Virus record (IMG/VR): IMGVR_UViG_3300010048_000020
Span: 1 to 41,254 of that record
Origin: a virus
Lineage: Duplodnaviria; Caudoviricetes
Strand: one strand, 5' to 3'
DNA: 41,254 nt
Shown here: positions 9,036-17,164 of the stretch, in pieces
Position numbering within the stretch: position 1 is the first letter of the stretch
Layout: each line of letters begins with the position of its first letter
Program-made: the position numbers and the translations under genes
The notes under the pieces: generated by a model
The model's input: the letters and a program-made list of their open reading frames with translations, nothing else
Databases searched by the model: none
Told to the model about the DNA's origin: nothing

Positions 9036-10372
9036 CAGACTCTCCTACCATTAAGATTGAATTCCCGGTCCTCAAACAGATTGTGCAGGCACAGGATGTT
9101 CTCATCTGGCTTTTCTTCTTGGAGTTCTGTCTGAGGCTGGAGGTGAGCAGGTCGACTAGTTAGCGCAATGGTGCGAAAAGCGTCAGATCCATTGGAAGCC
9201 CAGTCGTGGACTGGGGTCTGACTAAAGCACTGTTTGACTTCGTCATACCGATACTGATACTGCCTAAGACAACGTATTCCATCTTCACACGCTGGAGTGA
9301 AGTGGCAGGATGGAAGGAGCTGACGAACGGCAGCAATCCCATCGGCAACGGACAGTTTGGGGGCAAGATCAGTGATTGGATGCGGGAAGGCTCGAAGGAA
9401 CTGATCCATAATGGAACGTCCGGTGACCAGCGTATGAGCTCTGGCGTCCCATGGGAGCCAGATTTTCTTATAAGTGAAAGACTGGGAACGTAGATAGTCA
9501 ATGTAATAATCGACTGACTGCCTCGTGTTCTCATGATATTGCAGTATGGATAGGCCATCCATCTTCTGTTGATAGATCCATAAAGCCGTCTCGTCGCTGT
9601 ATCCCAGGTCGAACGCAACTGATACAGGTACCTCAGCGTCGTAATGAGCGTCAACAAGCTGTCCCCTGCCCTCAAGCTGATTAATGAGTCGTCCATAGAT
9701 GGAGCCAATGATAGATGCCGTGAAGCTGCACTCAAACTCTTGGGCGAATTCTTCCTCAGACATGGCCGCGCGCAGCATGTCTATCTCGTCCTGCGGTATC
9801 ACATCTGTCGCGGTGTACGGAAGGAAGAGAGTAGTCCAGGTCTCTGGCCGTTGCAGAGCTAGTAGATACTGATCGTAGAAATGATTCTGCCCGTTTGGGG
9901 TAGAGGACAGGACTGCCCAACCGCGACGGTCAGATAGGGCGGGCAAGATAATCTGGGTATAAGCTGACGGCCTTGCGAACGCAAACTCATCCAGCACTGC
10001 TCCATCCAGGTACAAACCACGGATGGAGTCTGGGTTGTCCATTCCGATAAGGTATATCTTCCTATCACCCAAGAGCTGGACAGACAATTCCGTTTCATTG
10101 GGTCGTTTTTCAAGGAATGGTACGCTCTGCCGCTTAAGATAGTCCCAAGCGATCCTCTGAGCTTGAGCGTAGGTGGGAGCGGCGAATACCAACCGCGGAT
10201 GGGGCCGAGGACACTCCAACGCGCCGAGGATAAGGTCGTTGATGAGCGCAAAGGTCTTACCCGCTCGTCTGTGAGCAACACAGATACACCATCGATTCTT
10301 CCGCTGATGGAGAGGAAGAAAATGCTGACGCGGCGCATAGTTAAGACTCGGGGCTTGAGCTATCGGGAACAT
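9035..10372 (-). CDS. terL: Terminase large subunit
   Basis: Walker A AHRRAGKT, IRGLYLDGAVLDEFA Walker B, STPNG coupling motif, RNase H-like FDLGYSD and P.HDW.S..SDAFR. Confidence 0.95.
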   Translation of the reverse strand: MFPIAQAPSLNYAPRQHFLPLHQRKNRWCICVAHRRAGKTFALINDLILGALECPRPHPRLVFAAPTYAQAQRIAWDYLKRQSVPFLEKRPNETELSVQLLGDRKIYLIGMDNPDSIRGLYLDGAVLDEFAFARPSAYTQIILPALSDRRGWAVLSSTPNGQNHFYDQYLLALQRPETWTTLFLPYTATDVIPQDEIDMLRAAMSEEEFAQEFECSFTASIIGSIYGRLINQLEGRGQLVDAHYDAEVPVSVAFDLGYSDETALWIYQQKMDGLSILQYHENTRQSVDYYIDYLRSQSFTYKKIWLPWDARAHTLVTGRSIMDQFLRAFPHPITDLAPKLSVADGIAAVRQLLPSCHFTPACEDGIRCLRQYQYRYDEVKQCFSQTPVHDWASNGSDAFRTIALTSRPAHLQPQTELQEEKPDENILCLHNLFEDREFNLNGRRV

Positions 10373-10739
10373 TGGCTTCTACATCCACGATTTCATCTGG
10401 TGGAATGAGCGCTCTCCCGTTCATCCAACTCAGGTGCAGATGAATCGGTGGAGGTGCTGATGCTCCACCTTGCGGCTGCTCTAGGAAGCGTGCGTAGAGT
10501 TGATAGAACTGCGTGGGATTCTTATCAGCCCACAGAGCAAGCCGGGGGATACCACCGATGAGCTCAAATGCAGACTGGAATGCTTTGCGTGCGTCTTTAG
10601 ATCTGAGATATTGCGGAAGAGACTTATGCTTGATTGCGTGGTCAATGCTTTGTTGCAACTCCTCATGGCTGGCGGGCATGAAGAATTGATCAGTGTTTTC
10701 GGGACTGGGGAGTGCCGGGGTTGTGGTTTCTTCGTCCAT
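10341..10739 (-). CDS. terS: Terminase small subunit
   Basis: 132 aa directly upstream of TerL; AF...GG...L..WA.KNP.QFY.LYAR motif. Confidence 0.75.
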   Translation of the reverse strand: MDEETTTPALPSPENTDQFFMPASHEELQQSIDHAIKHKSLPQYLRSKDARKAFQSAFELIGGIPRLALWADKNPTQFYQLYARFLEQPQGGASAPPPIHLHLSWMNGRALIPPDEIVDVEANVPDSSSPES

Positions 10740-10746
10740 GTGTTGC

Positions 10747-10776
10747 AGTATAGGCGTCCCAATGTATAGTCAGCAA
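10747..10776 (-). promoter_or_regulatory. Putative sigma70-like promoter giving a leaderless terS transcript
   Basis: TTGCTG-N18-TATACT ending 7 nt before the terS ATG; no Shine-Dalgarno present. Confidence 0.4.
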
Positions 10777-10778
10777 GG

Positions 10779-10839
10779 TTTTCGTATCCCGGTATGTTCA
10801 ACATGGCTTTTCGTATCAGTCATTATTTTCGTATCCCGG
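10779..10839. repeat. Three copies of TTTTCGTATC, two extended by CCGG
   Basis: Copies at 10779, 10808 and 10826. Confidence 0.75.
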
Positions 10840-10930
10840 GGCTCTGAGGGACCGATCGTTGACCTTGACCACACCCCCGCCTGCCGAAGCATGCTTTTTG
10901 AAGACGAAGACGAAGAAAAAACGACGACGA

Positions 10931-10951
10931 GATCTCCGATCTCTGATCTCC
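10931..10951. repeat. Tandem heptamer GATCTCY x3
   Basis: gatctcc-gatctct-gatctcc; related RATCTC units recur at about 11671-11705 and 11785-11806. Confidence 0.65.
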
Positions 10952-11069
10952 GGTCGGCGATCGGTCGGGCCGACGTCCACGAGATCAGAGCGACGTCGGC
11001 GACGGACGTGACAAAGCCCACGACGCAGCGTGGGCCAGATCAAGGGAGCGGGGCTGAGCCCCGCGTGGA

Positions 11070-11459
11070 TCACGCAACCTTGGTGACCTTGGACGGACGC
11101 TTGGATGCACGCTTGGCTTGCGTCCCCGTGACCACGTCCTTTATGGGGGTGACGGGTGCAGCCTCCTTGACCTCAGCCGGAGCCACCTTTGCCGCCAACG
11201 TCACAGTGACTACTGCGCCTGCCGGGAGGGGCTGGACCGTCTTGAAGTAGTAGAGCTGACCGTCCAGCGTGAAGTACGCGTAGTAAGCGACTTGACCGTC
11301 AGCAGCCTGTCCCTTGCCCGACGTGAGGGTAAACGTAGCGTCTTGCCCGTTGAGCTTGCCAGCGACCGCAGGGGACTTTTTAGGAGCGATTTTGTACGCG
11401 ATTGCGTTGCCTGCTGCAAAGTCTTTGTCGTTTGCCAGAGCGATGATGTTGCGTGCCAT
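11070..11459 (-). CDS. Hypothetical protein with basic C-terminal tail (129 aa); paralog of 17617..17985
   Basis: Own promoter, RBS AAGG and a GC hairpin after the stop; KLNG.D....LTS.KG...Y.YF...G..Y motif shared with the 17617 ORF. Confidence 0.8.
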   Translation of the reverse strand: MARNIIALANDKDFAAGNAIAYKIAPKKSPAVAGKLNGQDATFTLTSGKGQAADGQVAYYAYFTLDGQLYYFKTVQPLPAGAVVTVTLAAKVAPAEVKEAAPVTPIKDVVTGTQAKRASKRPSKVTKVA

Positions 11460-11530
11460 GATATGTACCTTTTACAAGAGTTAAATTACGTTTTACTAGG
11501 ACTGATTAGCACTGCGCTAACCATGACTAT

Positions 11531-11559
11531 ATTATGCCTTGTCCCAGGTGCGGATGCAA
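11531..11559 (-). promoter_or_regulatory. Sigma70 promoter for the 129-aa gene
   Basis: TTGCAT-N17-CATAAT on the minus strand; the -35 lies within the inverted repeat GGATGCAA-N7-TTGCATCC (11552-11574). Confidence 0.65.
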
Positions 11560-11849
11560 CTATTTTTTGCATCCAGGACCAAATATTTTTTTGCGTTGCG
11601 GCGATGCAACAGATGACCACAAAGTTGTAACAGATGTTGCGTCTTGTCATCAGTTGTGGGCGCAACCAACGATCTCTCAGATCTCATCAATCTCTGATCT
11701 GATCGCTCAGGACTCCGTCACAGATGGAGGGAAGAAGAGACGCGCAAGTCAGATCTGAATTTCTGAGAGCGCATTCAGAGTTGGAGATCAGCGATCTCCA
11801 ATCTCAGCCCCCTAGACAGTAGAAGGGAGGGAATGCAGAAAGAATAAAT

Positions 11850-12060
11850 AATATCAGGTAACCTTAACCCAAGTAACCCAGCTTTTCAGTTCAGGTAGCT
11901 TATAATTTCACCCTATATTACTTCTATAATAGGGTTACCAAGGTTACCAAGGTTACCGAGAGGCTAGAAGCCTTATGGCATAAGGCTCCCAGCCGTAACC
12001 CAACAAGTTACCCAACCTTAGGAACCAGACTAAAAACAGCTCGGTCAGGGTTACCATTCC
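11850..12060. other. Putative replication origin (iterons plus AT-rich tract)
   Basis: GGTTACCAA x2 plus GGTTACC in tandem at 11933-11957, further GTAACC/GTTACC copies in both orientations, AT-rich 11900-11930, at the 3' end of the primase-helicase. Confidence 0.55.
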
Positions 12061-14089
12061 ACATCCTTCCGGTGAAGCTGAGCCATCTTCCCTTAGAAAC
12101 GTGACCATTTTCCTTAATTTGGATCTGTTCTTCATGACTACTGCATTGATGCATAAATCCAAGGGTTACTGCATTGTCACTGATTGCCTTGCCAAGTAAC
12201 CCAGATGACCCACGATAGCCACGATTATAACACCAATTCTGAGCGTCTTGGATTTTGTAGAAAATCCCATCTTTCCCCTCCGCTAATATCTGACATTCCT
12301 CTATAAACATGTCAGCAAATTCTTCCGCTGATGTCCTACTGAGCTCCATGATTTCCTCAGTATGCTCGTTAATTACGGCGCGCGCAGTGGGATCATACTG
12401 GCTAATGTCCCTGTCCATCAGCCAGTCAAGAATGGCTTGCAGTCCTTCTTCCGTTAGGTTATTCAGTCTTTGCATACGCAGCAAATGCGCGCTGTCCCCC
12501 CTACAGTCCTTACATCCTATGACGTTAATTCTGCGTTCCATCTTTGTCATGTGGACTGGTGCAGGATCATTGCTTGCCATGATAAGACGGGCGAAGAAGG
12601 GAACACTGTACGCATCTACGCCTTTGTGCTCTATGCTGATGTTAGGCATGGTGATAAAATCATTTAACTTCTCCGTGGTTTGATTAGTTGTCATGTCACT
12701 GCTTTTGATTTCATCGAGCCACACGACCAGACGATCTTTGGCCCACGCATTGAACTGACTGTAAAACTCATGTCCACTGACCTTACGACCATAAACGCCA
12801 GCAACTTCTGCAAAGACGCGGCACATAGTGGACTTGCCCGTACCAGTGAACGATGACTTGAGCAGGAAAGCGTGCTGTGGTCGCTTGTTGGGATGCTGGA
12901 ATGTGTGCGCCATAAAGTCAAGCACACGGTCCCCTTCTTCTGGTCCACAGAGGGTATGCATTCCCAACGCAAAGTCTTCCACTGCACCTTTGTCCGTCTC
13001 ATCCGCCCACTCAGGCCAGCCTCGCCAACTGTTATAGAAACCATTGATTATTTGCTCACCATTGGGTTTGAACGTCAGGCCGTGGACGCTGGGCCGGTCT
13101 TGTGCGTTGCGGAACTGCTGATACGCTTGTATCTGTTTGATTCCCTTGTCCGTCTGCACACTGTCTATGTAATTCTGCACACGACTATTCCACAATGCGT
13201 CTTTAACAAAGTCGCCTGTGTAACGGTTGACAAATCCTTGTGGGAACTCACAGAAGTACCACTCATCACGCAGCTCAAAGTATCGTGGGCATTCCAGTTC
13301 TAAGAGTTTCTTACACGTCCAGAATTCTTTGATGGATCCCCCGTTTTGGAAATAATCATCTGCTCCGAGTTTGTCAAGCTCTTGGCTTTTCCAAATTTCG
13401 GTTTCTTTGAGATTAATCCAAAAGGGACGACCACCGCGCTGATAAATCTGCACAGACGCTTTGCGTAGACTTAACCATGTCTGGTCTGTGGTTTCTTCCT
13501 TGCGGTCTGCGTCAAATACCATAATGACATCACGACCGTTGAGTTCAAACGCCTTGAATAAATCTGGAACACGCAATTCACCAGTGACATCGCGCGTTAC
13601 CATCATTACGTTGCCAGACAAGCCAGTGACTGCATAGTCCAGTCCTAGCCTGTTGGCGACTTCAATGGCTTTGAACTCACCTTCTACGATTACTAGGGGT
13701 ATGCGGACGTTGTTACGAACTACTTCCCAGTCTTCCCTGTAAGTCAGATACAGGCATGCGCCACGGACGTGGGACCAGCGCACGTACTTGGACTGGATCT
13801 TGCCTTTGTCGTCTTTGGGAGGGTTGCTACGGCGGGTGGTTTCACGATTGGGGAGTATTTCCCATCCGAATCCATGGTACGGCATACGGATACCAAGCTC
13901 ATTGTAGAACAATCCCTTAGTGAGCTTGTAGTCTGCATTGATGTTGTTAGCAACATCGACTCTTAGATGGTACGAACTGGCGAGTTCCTGGTCTATGCCA
14001 CGTTGGTTAAGGAACTCATTGAAGTATCTACCTTGTTCCTCCAGGGATGGCGGAGGAAAGAATGACGGAGTCGTCACGTTTAACTCCAA
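12008..14089 (-). CDS. Primase-helicase (Toprim-like DUF3854 domain plus SF3/D5-like helicase)
   Basis: IVEGEFKA and VFDAD Toprim motifs; GTGKST Walker A, WLDEI Walker B, MASN motif C. The true start may be GTG 14077, which has a GGAG RBS. Confidence 0.88.
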   Translation of the reverse strand: MELNVTTPSFFPPPSLEEQGRYFNEFLNQRGIDQELASSYHLRVDVANNINADYKLTKGLFYNELGIRMPYHGFGWEILPNRETTRRSNPPKDDKGKIQSKYVRWSHVRGACLYLTYREDWEVVRNNVRIPLVIVEGEFKAIEVANRLGLDYAVTGLSGNVMMVTRDVTGELRVPDLFKAFELNGRDVIMVFDADRKEETTDQTWLSLRKASVQIYQRGGRPFWINLKETEIWKSQELDKLGADDYFQNGGSIKEFWTCKKLLELECPRYFELRDEWYFCEFPQGFVNRYTGDFVKDALWNSRVQNYIDSVQTDKGIKQIQAYQQFRNAQDRPSVHGLTFKPNGEQIINGFYNSWRGWPEWADETDKGAVEDFALGMHTLCGPEEGDRVLDFMAHTFQHPNKRPQHAFLLKSSFTGTGKSTMCRVFAEVAGVYGRKVSGHEFYSQFNAWAKDRLVVWLDEIKSSDMTTNQTTEKLNDFITMPNISIEHKGVDAYSVPFFARLIMASNDPAPVHMTKMERRINVIGCKDCRGDSAHLLRMQRLNNLTEEGLQAILDWLMDRDISQYDPTARAVINEHTEEIMELSRTSAEEFADMFIEECQILAEGKDGIFYKIQDAQNWCYNRGYRGSSGLLGKAISDNAVTLGFMHQCSSHEEQIQIKENGHVSKGRWLSFTGRMWNGNPDRAVFSLVPKVG

Positions 14090-14169
14090 AGTAAAAAGTA
14101 TCCACTATGTGCCTCCTTGAGTTACGCGTTACGGGTACGTATACAGTATAGGCCGCAGAAGGATCAACC

Positions 14170-14198
14170 TTGCATCGGATGCATCCATGGCCTATACT
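14170..14198 (+). promoter_or_regulatory. Sigma70 promoter upstream of the Rieske gene
   Basis: TTGCAT-N17-TATACT; the spacer contains the palindrome GGATGCATCC. Confidence 0.65.
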
Positions 14199-14229
14199 TT
14201 TCATGTAGGCCCACTTGTTAAACTCCTTT

Positions 14230-14263
14230 CAGCCCCGCACGTCACGGTCGGGGCTGTTTCTTT
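14230..14263 (+). terminator. Intrinsic terminator-like hairpin in the Rieske gene leader
   Basis: CAGCCCCG-N11-CGGGGCTG followed by TTTCTTT. Confidence 0.6.
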
Positions 14264-14276
14264 ATGTGGAGGTCAT

Positions 14277-15176
14277 ATGTATCTCGGACATAAGTTGATG
14301 GTCCCAAATGATGGGAACTACTTTGGCCGTGATGAGTTTATTATCACCAATAAAGAAGGAATTATACGCGTAATATCTAACATCTGCAGACATCGGCAAG
14401 CCAAGATGTTTGATGGCTGCGGGACGGCGGACCGTCTAATGTGTCCTGTCCACAAGTGGACGTACGGACTGGATGGTAAGATGATAGGAGCGCCAAACTT
14501 CCCACTGGAATGCAAGCTGGATCTTATGCCGTTCAACTTTGGGACTTGGAATGGTCTACTGTTTGACCGTCCGGTAGACCTCCATGAATTAGACGGTCTC
14601 TTTGATTTTACAGACTATGAGTTTGATCACCATGAAACCCACTTCTGTCCCTACGACTGGAAGATCTTTGTGGAAGTGTCTATGGATTGCTATCATGTCC
14701 GACCTTACCACAGAGGTCTTGGAAGTTACGTTACAGACCAGGTTAGATGGGTGTGGGGGAAGAACTGTAGCGCTCAGATTGTGGGCCACAAATCACTGGA
14801 TAACCCTGGATCTCCAATCTATGAGGAATGGTTTAGAGAACTTAAGAAGCTTCCCCCCATCCCATGGGGTGCAATCTGGGGGAACATATATCCTAACGCC
14901 TTTATTGAGCATTATCCCTACACTATAATGATTTCCTACCTTACACCACGACCAGATGGTGTAGATTTTACAATTGACTATTTCTATGATAAGCAGGTAG
15001 ATTGGCTGTACAAGCAGACTCAACGTGATGCGTTTATGGAGACGGTGATGGAGGATGACCAGATAGCCATGCGTCTGCAAGCAGGCAGAAGGTTTAATAC
15101 TCCCTTGGGTCCAACACATCCTGAATTGGAGTGTGGCATAGACCACTTTTACGCGTGGCTGAACAAAAACAGCTAG
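14277..15176 (+). CDS. Rieske non-heme iron oxygenase, putrescine 2-hydroxylase-like (299 aa)
   Basis: Rieske CRH...CPVH; mononuclear Fe site D.YHV.PYH and distal EDD; GHKLMVP, PGSPIYEEW, GAIW...YPN..IE.YP and GP..P.LE.G..HF..W blocks recall the betaproteobacterial family. RBS GGAGG before ATG 14277. Confidence 0.85.
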   Translation: MYLGHKLMVPNDGNYFGRDEFIITNKEGIIRVISNICRHRQAKMFDGCGTADRLMCPVHKWTYGLDGKMIGAPNFPLECKLDLMPFNFGTWNGLLFDRPVDLHELDGLFDFTDYEFDHHETHFCPYDWKIFVEVSMDCYHVRPYHRGLGSYVTDQVRWVWGKNCSAQIVGHKSLDNPGSPIYEEWFRELKKLPPIPWGAIWGNIYPNAFIEHYPYTIMISYLTPRPDGVDFTIDYFYDKQVDWLYKQTQRDAFMETVMEDDQIAMRLQAGRRFNTPLGPTHPELECGIDHFYAWLNKNS

Positions 15177-15194
15177 TATCGCAGGTGGCGGGAG

Positions 15195-15203
15195 TGTTAT
15201 AAT
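15195..15203 (+). promoter_or_regulatory. Extended -10 promoter
   Basis: TGTTATAAT upstream of the small early-gene cluster. Confidence 0.55.
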
Positions 15204-15254
15204 AAAGTCTGTGGTAGCGGCATGGGGCGGCTACCCAGACTGAAGGAAAGTAAA

Positions 15255-15503
15255 ATGATTATCCTCGAGATTTCCAGCATGGCTGTCGGTGAAGTGTCTG
15301 ACAACTCCGTAGTTGACACTTTGGAAGGTCCGTTTCAATGTGTACTGGTTGATAAATTTCCTGGCAATGAAATGGTAGTATCTCAGGGTTGGTTCCGTGA
15401 CAACAATGTGTACTTCTTCACTCCTCCCACGGCGGGACAATCTGGCATTTGGTCGGTAGCATTCGACGTTGAGCGTGCTGACATTTACACTTGCGAGCAA
15501 TAA
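15255..15503 (+). CDS. Hypothetical protein
   Basis: RBS AAGGA before ATG 15255. Confidence 0.6.
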   Translation: MIILEISSMAVGEVSDNSVVDTLEGPFQCVLVDKFPGNEMVVSQGWFRDNNVYFFTPPTAGQSGIWSVAFDVERADIYTCEQ

Positions 15504-15505
15504 TC

Positions 15506-15808
15506 ATGCAAAAGTTCATCCATGACCCCCGCGTAACGTGGCGCAACGCTCACAGTGGTGAAGTCAAAAAACTGTTCGGGCTGCGGCCGGAGGACAAATG
15601 GCCGGACGCTGGCCTGCCCGCCCGTGACATCCAGGGCATCACCTGCTGGGTAGATCCCATTAGTGTGAACCATGGGAGCCGTCGCAAGTTCCACCGTGCG
15701 ATGGCAGCGTGTCCGGACTGCACAGCAATCATGTCCATTGGCCGCTTGCATCAGCACAAGTGCAAGACACATCGAGTCCAGAATTATTTGGAGTTGCAGT
15801 CCAAGTAA
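15506..15808 (+). CDS. Hypothetical protein with C-terminal Zn-finger-like motif
   Basis: CPDC-x9-HQHKC; starts 2 nt after the upstream stop. Confidence 0.65.
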   Translation: MQKFIHDPRVTWRNAHSGEVKKLFGLRPEDKWPDAGLPARDIQGITCWVDPISVNHGSRRKFHRAMAACPDCTAIMSIGRLHQHKCKTHRVQNYLELQSK

Positions 15809-15864
15809 CCAGATGGCATAATTGGGGTTGGTAGGTGCAACGCCTATCAAGCCCCTTATGGTTT

Positions 15865-15904
15865 TCCCCCCGGTCAAGCTTCCCCGAGCCCCGGGGGACT
15901 TTTT
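15865..15904 (+). terminator. Terminator-like hairpin
   Basis: CCCCCGG...CCGGGGG followed by ACTTTTT. Confidence 0.4.
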
Positions 15905-15921
15905 CAGAATAAGTGATAATC

Positions 15922-16218
15922 ATGGAACTCATGTTTGAAGTAGCTGGCGGGATCATCCTTGCAAGTATCGTACCGTATATCCTAGCCACAATCGTGGCAG
16001 CTCTCCAAGAACTCAATGCTGTTTTTCATGGTCTGTGGCTGGCGCTCAAAAGCCTGCTCGCCATGGGCGCAGTATTCCTTGTCGCTGGATTCTTGTATGG
16101 AATTGTAGGATTCATTCCAAAGGATGATCTTAAGCTTGACGCTATGGTGCTTATCGGGTTTGTATTCATTGCAGCAATCTTGTACACCAATCACAAATGG
16201 GGACAAAAGAAATGTTAA
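15922..16218 (+). CDS. Membrane protein with about 3 TM helices (holin candidate)
   Basis: Three hydrophobic stretches and a basic C-terminus (HKWGQKKC). Confidence 0.6.
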   Translation: MELMFEVAGGIILASIVPYILATIVAALQELNAVFHGLWLALKSLLAMGAVFLVAGFLYGIVGFIPKDDLKLDAMVLIGFVFIAAILYTNHKWGQKKC

Positions 16219-16391
16219 GAATCTTGCTGGTCTTACTGTCGGCGATGTCGTGGTATCTGTTGGGGTATGATGCTGGTCCCGGTCGCCACCTGTCTGATAA
16301 TTCGTGGTGGCTCGTGTTCTTTTGTGCAGTGGTCTCGTTCGTGGGAGCGTGCTGCTATGTCAAGGAGAATAAGTGTAATGTACAATCGTAA
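16212..16391 (+). CDS. Small 2-TM membrane protein
   Basis: MLRILLVLLSAMSWYLLG and WWLVFFCAVVSFVGAC hydrophobic segments. Confidence 0.5.
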   Translation: MLRILLVLLSAMSWYLLGYDAGPGRHLSDNSWWLVFFCAVVSFVGACCYVKENKCNVQS

Positions 16392-16662
16392 TGGGACGCC
16401 GGTCCGCCACATCCAAGGGGGACGTGAAATTCGTTGCTATCAGGGCTATTGGTATGTTCGTCTGTCCGCCAAGGAGCTGGAAGACTATCCTGGCGTGCAT
16501 TGGTCAGGATATGTCCTGGTCCACAAGTGGAAGTGGTGGGTCAAGTATGGCGAGTGGTTTGGTCAGCACGAAGCGCGCTACCGCTATCTGGACGGTGATA
16601 CCAATAACATCCGGATTACAAACATAGCAGTATTTGAGGTTGGAACGGGGGCATGGCTATGA
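16378..16662 (+). CDS. Degenerate HNH-endonuclease-like protein
   Basis: GYVLVHK....GEW...YRYLDGDTNNIRITNI resembles HNH_3 but lacks the catalytic His. Confidence 0.55.
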   Translation: MYNRNGTPVRHIQGGREIRCYQGYWYVRLSAKELEDYPGVHWSGYVLVHKWKWWVKYGEWFGQHEARYRYLDGDTNNIRITNIAVFEVGTGAWL

Positions 16663-16940
16663 GCGTTGTCGTCATTATCGCTGGACTAGCCACTGGCGCG
16701 CGTACTGCGTGGGATGGACAGTACGTGCGCGGTTGGGATCCTCACACAAAGGAAGGCACGTTGAAGCTTTGGCCGACAAAGGAACTCAAACGTGCCAAGA
16801 AATTCAAGGATATAGCGGAAGTCTTTGCGGAGTGGAAGACTGTCAGCGATAGACAGCCTGTCCGCCACGATGGCAAGCCCAATCGCCCCCTGACAGCTAT
16901 GAACATCAGCATTGAAGGTGATCATGACCAAAACGCATGA
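16653..16940 (+). CDS. Hypothetical protein
   Basis: Overlapping operon organisation; P.R.DGKPNRPLTA motif seen in phage proteins. Confidence 0.7.
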   Translation: MAMSVVVIIAGLATGARTAWDGQYVRGWDPHTKEGTLKLWPTKELKRAKKFKDIAEVFAEWKTVSDRQPVRHDGKPNRPLTAMNISIEGDHDQNA

Positions 16941-17151
16941 AATTGTAAAAGTACAGATGCCTGTGGAGTCCAGTGAAGAGACTCCTAAGGCGCTGGTGTA
17001 CACGGAAGGCAAGAAATTCATGGACTTCTTGACCATCGATAACAAGCTCAAGAAAAAGATGGGCACTGACCTGAAGGTGTATTTCTATGCGGACATTGAG
17101 GCTGGCGGTGAAGTCACGCTACACGGACGTGCGCCGTGGCAGAGCTGGTGA
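16924..17151 (+). CDS. Hypothetical protein
   Basis: IVKVQ.P...ALVY...K.YFYA...APWQ.W pattern; RBS GAAGGTG. Confidence 0.65.
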   Translation: MTKTHEIVKVQMPVESSEETPKALVYTEGKKFMDFLTIDNKLKKKMGTDLKVYFYADIEAGGEVTLHGRAPWQSW

Positions 17152-17164
17152 GGAAGCGCCATTG

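Noticed and set aside
10481-11250. ORFs 10481-10804, 10693-11250, 10770-11021, 10816-11073
   Set aside because: They overlap real genes or repeat-rich non-coding DNA, lack RBS and give low-complexity translations.
14187-14276. Extended N-terminus of the Rieske ORF
   Set aside because: ATG 14187 lies inside the promoter and the extension spans a terminator; the GGAGG RBS supports 14277.
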